A stretch of 64,000 bases of DNA from an uncultured Gemmatimonadaceae bacterium (GTDB lineage: Bacteria > Gemmatimonadota > Gemmatimonadetes > Gemmatimonadales > Gemmatimonadaceae). The notes beneath the pieces are model-generated. The model did not search any database, was not told the DNA's origin, and saw only the letters and a list, made by a program, of their open reading frames with translations. Shown here piece by piece: positions 58,807-64,000 of the stretch (position 1 is the stretch's first letter; each line of letters starts with the position of its first letter). Location: the NCBI GenBank assembly GCA_963817955.1, contig CAWFQK010000004.1:1248001-1312000 (forward strand), in the 5' to 3' direction. Both the position numbers and the translations under genes were made by a program.

Positions 58807-58871
58807 AGGGTTATGAATACACGCGCGCCCGACCGTATGGCCGGGCTCGCGAGATGTGAGATGAACGTGCC

Positions 58872-61391
58872 TCAGGGCGATGGAAGAATATCGCCGGCCC
58901 GCACATCGATGACTACTAGTCCGCCAGCCGAAATGCCGATCAGCTTCAGCACTACGTCGGGTGAATCGCTCGGACCGGGCAGCACGGCGCGCAGTGATCC
59001 ATAGAGGTTGGCCTTCAGCGGCAGGTGACCACGATTGAGATAGTGGAACACATCCACGATGTCGATCGTCTGGTTGTTCGATGCGATGTAGGCCGTTCGC
59101 GACGCGTCACCAGTGCTCCCGCTGGCCAGCGGATGGAAGGTGATTCCGGCGCCGGACATCTGATTGTCGTACTTACCCTGCAGTCGGAGATGGAACGGCG
59201 CGTCCACCGAGGCGAAGAACGACTGCGTGCCGTGCGCCGCGACCGTCAGGCCAGTATTGTCGAGCGCCAGCCCATTGATGGGTTCGTCGGCGTTGATCAG
59301 GAGATCCGCCTGGCTGAGTGCCGGAGACCGGAAGCCTGCGGCGCTCGCCATGAACACTGCCCCGGCGGGTCTGGTGTTACCCTGACCGAACGCGAGCCAA
59401 CTGCGGTCGCCGCTCACTGCCACGTAGGTGGTGTCCTTGAGGCCGCCGGTTGTGATGTCGATGCCATCGACGATCTCGATGTCCGTGCAGTTCGGCGAGC
59501 AGCCGGGAGAAATGTTTTTCAGTTGCTGAACGGCGTCAACCAAGCCCTTTGTCGATGGAGGAGAGCAGACAGTCGGCAGGCTCGATCCAGGCGGATGGTC
59601 GCACAGGACGACCGCGTCGGACGTATTGGTCGCTGCACCAGAGATCGCGATCACATTGTCGGCGTTGGTCACGATATGGGTCGTGATCGACGTCGCCGTA
59701 CCCCCAACGAGGATCGGCTTCGGATCCGGAACCTGTTGGGTCAGATCGATATAACGAATGGTGCCCGTCGGCGCATCGGACGTCGGCCGGGTCGAGTAGT
59801 ACACCGTGCCGTCCGACAGCTGGCCAATGTACTGGGGCCGGTCGGAGTAAATGATCGGAAGGCCAACTGCCTCCGTGAGCTTCTGCGAAGTTTGGTCGTA
59901 GTTCTCGTTGACGGTGAACAGGTACGTGCCACGCGTGCGGACGCGCTGATCGGCGATTTCGAAGAGACCGGGTAGCGACACCTTGCTCAGGTTCGTTCCG
60001 CCCGAATTGGCAACGAGGAGCACGTTGGGATCATTCGAGATGAACAAGCCCCAGGGCATAGAACCGACAGCGACACCCTGGGGTTGGAAAGACTTGGTGG
60101 CCGAGTGGAAGACCTCCAGGCGGTTATACGCCATGTTCGATAGCACAATGTTCTCTCGCGGCGCATCCCACACGATGTCACCCACCGTCCCCTGCCGCGA
60201 AACGGGCAGCGGGAATGTGTGGCCGTAGACAATGAGCGTCGAATCGCCCGTCGCGACCGCCAATGACGCCGCAGGCGTCAATTGCGTGCTGCGTACCGCA
60301 TAACCGGTCCGACCCGACTGATCCACCGCGAAGCCAGTGATGAGCACGCGTTTGCCCTGCACGAAGACCGGAAGCTTCTGCAGACTGAGCGGCTGAATGA
60401 CGTTGCCTGTGTACGGCTGCGGCATGAAGACGCTGTCGCGCACGAGTATCGTTCCCGTGCTATCGCGCGCCACGTAGCCGGCGGCGGCAATGCCGTCACC
60501 GCGCACCGTGACCGTGATCGAGTCGCTGATTTCACTTCGCGTGGCCACGGCCTGCGTGACAAGCGGCTGCACCCCGTTCGCGCCACGAACAAACACGACC
60601 GTCGAGCCGGAGTAACCGGGATTGCCGTTCACGCTGACCGCTGACGCCGTGATCGTGACGCGACTGCGCAGCGGCGCATTGATCGGAATGCGGGCAACCG
60701 CGCTCACCGTTGCCTCCCGTGGCGCCGCGGCAACCGACTGAGTGATCGACGTGTCGAGCTTCGTCGGCCAGCTGCTCTCGCCCTGCACACGAACCGTGAC
60801 ACGCGCCACACCATCCGGATCAGCGACCGTCGCGGTTACGGTGATACCGATGCCGGCCGGTGTGCTGTCGCCCGACGCTGGCGCGATGATCGTGACACGC
60901 GGACCGGAGACCAGATCCACACGGCGCGTGGTGGTGTCCACCGCGCCGGTGCTGTCGGTTACGATTGCCTGAATGATCAGGCTGTCGAGCGTGGTGTCAC
61001 TGGGCAACACCGGCTGTAGATACCGGCGAACGGTCGTGTCGTGCAACCCGGCGCGGAATGCGCCAGTGGCCGGCACGTCGATCAGCGTATACCGCACTGT
61101 GCGACGCAGCGTGCCGAGATCGGCGCTCCCGCTGATCGTCAGTCCGGACAACTCCACGTTGCGGAGTGACTTCGTGCCGTGCAGTCTGGCAACCACCAAC
61201 ACGGAATCGCCGACATTCGCCAAGGAGCTCACCACCGGCGTGTCGATCGATACGGTGGGCGCGGTGCCGCCAGACGTGTTCGGATTCGGTCCCAAACCCG
61301 AGGAGAGCGACGTCGGTAGACGCGTATCGCAACTGGCGACGACCACGACCCCAGCCACTATGGCAACAAGGCGAACCAAGACTCGTTTCAT
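58872..61391 (-). CDS. Large lipoprotein with Ig-like domains and a beta-propeller-like C-terminus
   Basis: Lipobox VASC; T/V/S-rich beta repeats; VAVGSMPWG, VANSGG (YVTN-like). Confidence 0.75.
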   Translation of the reverse strand: MKRVLVRLVAIVAGVVVVASCDTRLPTSLSSGLGPNPNTSGGTAPTVSIDTPVVSSLANVGDSVLVVARLHGTKSLRNVELSGLTISGSADLGTLRRTVRYTLIDVPATGAFRAGLHDTTVRRYLQPVLPSDTTLDSLIIQAIVTDSTGAVDTTTRRVDLVSGPRVTIIAPASGDSTPAGIGITVTATVADPDGVARVTVRVQGESSWPTKLDTSITQSVAAAPREATVSAVARIPINAPLRSRVTITASAVSVNGNPGYSGSTVVFVRGANGVQPLVTQAVATRSEISDSITVTVRGDGIAAAGYVARDSTGTILVRDSVFMPQPYTGNVIQPLSLQKLPVFVQGKRVLITGFAVDQSGRTGYAVRSTQLTPAASLAVATGDSTLIVYGHTFPLPVSRQGTVGDIVWDAPRENIVLSNMAYNRLEVFHSATKSFQPQGVAVGSMPWGLFISNDPNVLLVANSGGTNLSKVSLPGLFEIADQRVRTRGTYLFTVNENYDQTSQKLTEAVGLPIIYSDRPQYIGQLSDGTVYYSTRPTSDAPTGTIRYIDLTQQVPDPKPILVGGTATSITTHIVTNADNVIAISGAATNTSDAVVLCDHPPGSSLPTVCSPPSTKGLVDAVQQLKNISPGCSPNCTDIEIVDGIDITTGGLKDTTYVAVSGDRSWLAFGQGNTRPAGAVFMASAAGFRSPALSQADLLINADEPINGLALDNTGLTVAAHGTQSFFASVDAPFHLRLQGKYDNQMSGAGITFHPLASGSTGDASRTAYIASNNQTIDIVDVFHYLNRGHLPLKANLYGSLRAVLPGPSDSPDVVLKLIGISAGGLVVIDVRAGDILPSP

Positions 61392-61410
61392 GCGTAACAC
61401 TCCAGGGCCT

Positions 61411-63354
61411 TTACGGATGGCCCGCATCGGGCGGCTGCTGCCCATCGTCGATGATGTGCGGCGTGATCAGAATGAGGAGATCGCGCTTCGTCTCCACACG
61501 GTTGGTCACACCGAAGAGTCGGCCAATGATCGGAAGATCGACGAGAATTGGCAGACCGGACCGGCTCACGTTCACGGTGGTCTGTGTCAATCCGCCCATC
61601 ACGGCCGTCTCGCCGTCGGCGACGAGCACTTCGTTGTCAACGCTCTGCTTGGGGAATACGGCACCAACATCGTTCGATTGGAATTGCACGTCGGAGTTCT
61701 CGACGTGGACCTTCATCTGGACTTGGCGGTTGTTCGTGATCTGGGGCGTGACGATCAAGATGATACCGGTCTGCTGCATGCTGACCGCGGCACGCGGGAA
61801 GCTGCTGGTGGCGTTCGCGCCGGCGCCAGCCTCGATGACGCGGATGGGCACCTGGGTACCGGCGGTGATGTTCGCCGTTCGGTTGTTCAGGATGGTGGCG
61901 CTCGGCTCGGCCTGCACGTCGAGCAGCGTGTTGGTCTGGAGCGCTTCGAGGAACGTCGTGAAATCGAAGTTCCCCATGGCGGTAGAATAGACGAGCTGCA
62001 GCGCCGCGCCCGGCACGCGCGCGGTCGCATTGGCGATGGCGGACATGGTGTTGCCGCCGAGCTGAATCTGGCCGGCATCCGTGCGTGGTTTCCCGAGCGA
62101 GTCGAGGCGTGGCACGATGTCGTTGAAGAATTGTGACTGCGATCCGAGGTCGTAGCGCAGCCCAAGTCCCTCGAGCGTCGAACGATCCACCAGGATGATC
62201 TTGGCCTTGATGTTCACCTGGGGCTGCCGCAAGTCGAGGCTGCGTGCGTACTGCTCGAGCTCTGGAAGCGCCTGCGGCAGGTCGGTAATGCTGATGCTGT
62301 TGGTGATCGTGTCGGCGGTGACCGTGCCGCGCTGTGGGCAGTTGAGGCTCTGAGTACTGTTCGGAGTCGGCGACGCCCCGCCGCCGGGCGACTGCATGCC
62401 GGCCGGAGCGCTCGGGAGCTGCGACTGTGTGCAGGTACGCGACAGGCGCGCCGATACCATGTCCTTCACGGCGTTCGCGCGGGCGTAGTTCAGACGAACC
62501 GTGCGCGTCGTGAGCGGGATCATGGACTGCCGCGCGGCGATCGCGTCGAACGTATCGACGATGATGATGCCGCTCTCGTCCACTGTCACGTCATACCCGT
62601 TGGCGTTCATCACCTTTCGTAGCGCGACGTCCCACGGCTGGTTGATGATGTTGGCCGTGACGGTGCCGGTGACGTTCTTCGACGGCAGAATGGTGCGGCC
62701 TGTGAACGTGGAGAACAACGCCAGCACGTCTGCGATCGGCGCGGCCTCCCAACTTACCGTGATGCGAGGCTCCTGCGACTGCTGCGAGAGTAGCGGCCGC
62801 TTGGCGATGTCCGAGATCTGATATCTGGAGGGGCGCGACCGATCGGGACCGGCAGGCGCCGGATCGGCGGCGGGTCGGGGATCGTCCCGCCGATCGGGTG
62901 TCACGTGCCGTTCGTCGCCAGTCTCCCACGGCTCGAAGCTCGCCCCACCTTCGACGCTGATGCGGACGTCGCCGTTCTCCTGCGTCACGTCGTACGGGTG
63001 GGCCGTGTCGAGCGTGAGCACGATGCGCACCACCGTTCTGGTGAACTGTGAGTACCGAATGTGAGTGATGCCCCCGCGCGCGACGCCGTCGTAGGCGTCG
63101 CCTGGCGGCAGGCCGAGCGTCGCACCGGTCAGATCCACCACGATCTTGTCAGGCTTGGACAGTGTGAAATGCTTGAGCGTGATGGATCCGTCGACACGGA
63201 CGACGACGTCGGCGTGTCCCGTTCGCGGAACCACGCTGAGGGACACGACGGTTGCGTCGTTCGGAGTCGGCAACGTCGCGGCAACCGCCGGACGCGATCC
63301 GATCACGCCGAACGCAACGAGCATCGTCGATGCAAGCGTCCGGTGAGAAATCAT
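61411..63354 (-). CDS. pilQ: Type IV pilus secretin with AMIN domain
   Basis: FTLSKPDKIVVDL (AMIN), LDLRQPQVNIKAKI, GLPILVDLPIIGRLF, LILITPHII. Confidence 0.92.
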   Translation of the reverse strand: MISHRTLASTMLVAFGVIGSRPAVAATLPTPNDATVVSLSVVPRTGHADVVVRVDGSITLKHFTLSKPDKIVVDLTGATLGLPPGDAYDGVARGGITHIRYSQFTRTVVRIVLTLDTAHPYDVTQENGDVRISVEGGASFEPWETGDERHVTPDRRDDPRPAADPAPAGPDRSRPSRYQISDIAKRPLLSQQSQEPRITVSWEAAPIADVLALFSTFTGRTILPSKNVTGTVTANIINQPWDVALRKVMNANGYDVTVDESGIIIVDTFDAIAARQSMIPLTTRTVRLNYARANAVKDMVSARLSRTCTQSQLPSAPAGMQSPGGGASPTPNSTQSLNCPQRGTVTADTITNSISITDLPQALPELEQYARSLDLRQPQVNIKAKIILVDRSTLEGLGLRYDLGSQSQFFNDIVPRLDSLGKPRTDAGQIQLGGNTMSAIANATARVPGAALQLVYSTAMGNFDFTTFLEALQTNTLLDVQAEPSATILNNRTANITAGTQVPIRVIEAGAGANATSSFPRAAVSMQQTGIILIVTPQITNNRQVQMKVHVENSDVQFQSNDVGAVFPKQSVDNEVLVADGETAVMGGLTQTTVNVSRSGLPILVDLPIIGRLFGVTNRVETKRDLLILITPHIIDDGQQPPDAGHP

Positions 63355-63833
63355 TTCGTCCTCGCTTTGGTGGAGTCGCCAAGGACTAACGAGTCCCGGC
63401 GCGTCGTGCCGAATTCGTCGATCGTGAACACGACCGTCTTCACACGAATGGCCGACACTCGCATGCGGCCAAGCGTGCTGCCTGTCGTGACACGGTATTG
63501 CGCATTTGTCGTGATATCGCGCAGCGTCGCGACCGAGTGGAGCCCGCCGTGGTCGTACAGGATACCAGTGAGGCGCAAATCGCTCATGGTCGGCCGGAGC
63601 TCGTTGGTGGTGAGCAGCGACACGAACGGATCGCGGCGCCCGTCAGGCGCGTAGCCGAACGCCTCGCGCAAGATCGTCGGCGGCGGACCTGCCGTATCGA
63701 TCTGCACGTTCGTTGCGGCAGCGGCGTTGGTCGCTGTTGCCTTGGGGTTCGACACTGGTTTCTGTGCCGACGCGCCATGCGCCGCGGCCGCAGTCAGCGC
63801 GGCGAGAGCGAGCAGGCATACGCGTATCCTCAC
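63351..63833 (-). CDS. PilP-like type IV pilus assembly protein
   Basis: GRRDPF motif, LRLTGIL; position between pilO and pilQ. Confidence 0.7.
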   Translation of the reverse strand: MRIRVCLLALAALTAAAAHGASAQKPVSNPKATATNAAAATNVQIDTAGPPPTILREAFGYAPDGRRDPFVSLLTTNELRPTMSDLRLTGILYDHGGLHSVATLRDITTNAQYRVTTGSTLGRMRVSAIRVKTVVFTIDEFGTTRRDSLVLGDSTKARTK

Positions 63834-64000
63834 GGCGAACCTCCCGCAACTTTCGGCGTCCGTTTCGAGGCATGGGCAACGTACGTCTGCACCTGAAACT
63901 TCGCGTCGAGGAACTGTTCGTTCGGCTTTGGTTTGAGCTCGCCCGTACGGGCGGTGGGCGTGAGCGACAGGTTGATCGGCGCGACGATGCGCGGGAGCGA
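63830..64000 (-). CDS. pilO: PilO C-terminal part (runs off the window's right edge)
   Basis: SLPRIVAPINLSL...AKFQVQTY; operon position. Confidence 0.7.
   Translation of the reverse strand, partial: SLPRIVAPINLSLTPTARTGELKPKPNEQFLDAKFQVQTYVAHASKRTPKVAGGSP

Noticed and set aside
1..64000. tRNA or rRNA genes
   Set aside because: No cloverleaf or rRNA-like sequence recognised by eye; tRNAscan-SE and barrnap would be decisive.

Overview
GC-rich bacterial chromosome segment. Gene order and protein families (Hanks kinase, FtsX/ADOP-type permease remnants, pilOPQ-aroC-aroK-topA-trmFO-xerC-hslVU-argF) resemble Gemmatimonadota; this is inference, no search was run. The left part has a pentose ABC transporter with xylB, a MATE pump, a PAS-GGDEF cyclase, a Ser/Thr kinase and many hypotheticals. 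A visibly more AT-rich accessory zone (~19-32.7 kb) holds BrnT/BrnA and AbiEi/truncated AbiEii toxin-antitoxin pairs, permease, tatC and IS21 remnants, a wHTH-AraC-TPR-Ig regulator cassette and a BTAD-STAND protein. It ends in a hypothetical / 16-aa micropeptide / membrane HD-GYP module. Next come a sigma54 activator, mog, gcvT, a convergent lipid cluster (ALDH, ChoD-like oxidase, phasin, patatin, acyltransferase, ABC1 kinase, HMG-CoA reductase) and housekeeping and type IV pilus genes. Top leads: (1) the unannotated micropeptide MKKISQALNFMWGRTG directly upstream of the membrane HD-GYP phosphodiesterase; (2) a BCP/PrxQ peroxiredoxin whose catalytic Cys codon is an in-frame UGA followed by a SECIS-like hairpin; (3) a sigma28-type promoter driving a His-rich low-complexity protein; (4) dispersed heptamer and palindromic repeats that have entered protein C-termini. 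Several frameshifts, including one in topA at a G9 run, suggest indel errors in the assembly, so pseudogene calls are provisional. No rRNA, tRNA or CRISPR array was recognised.
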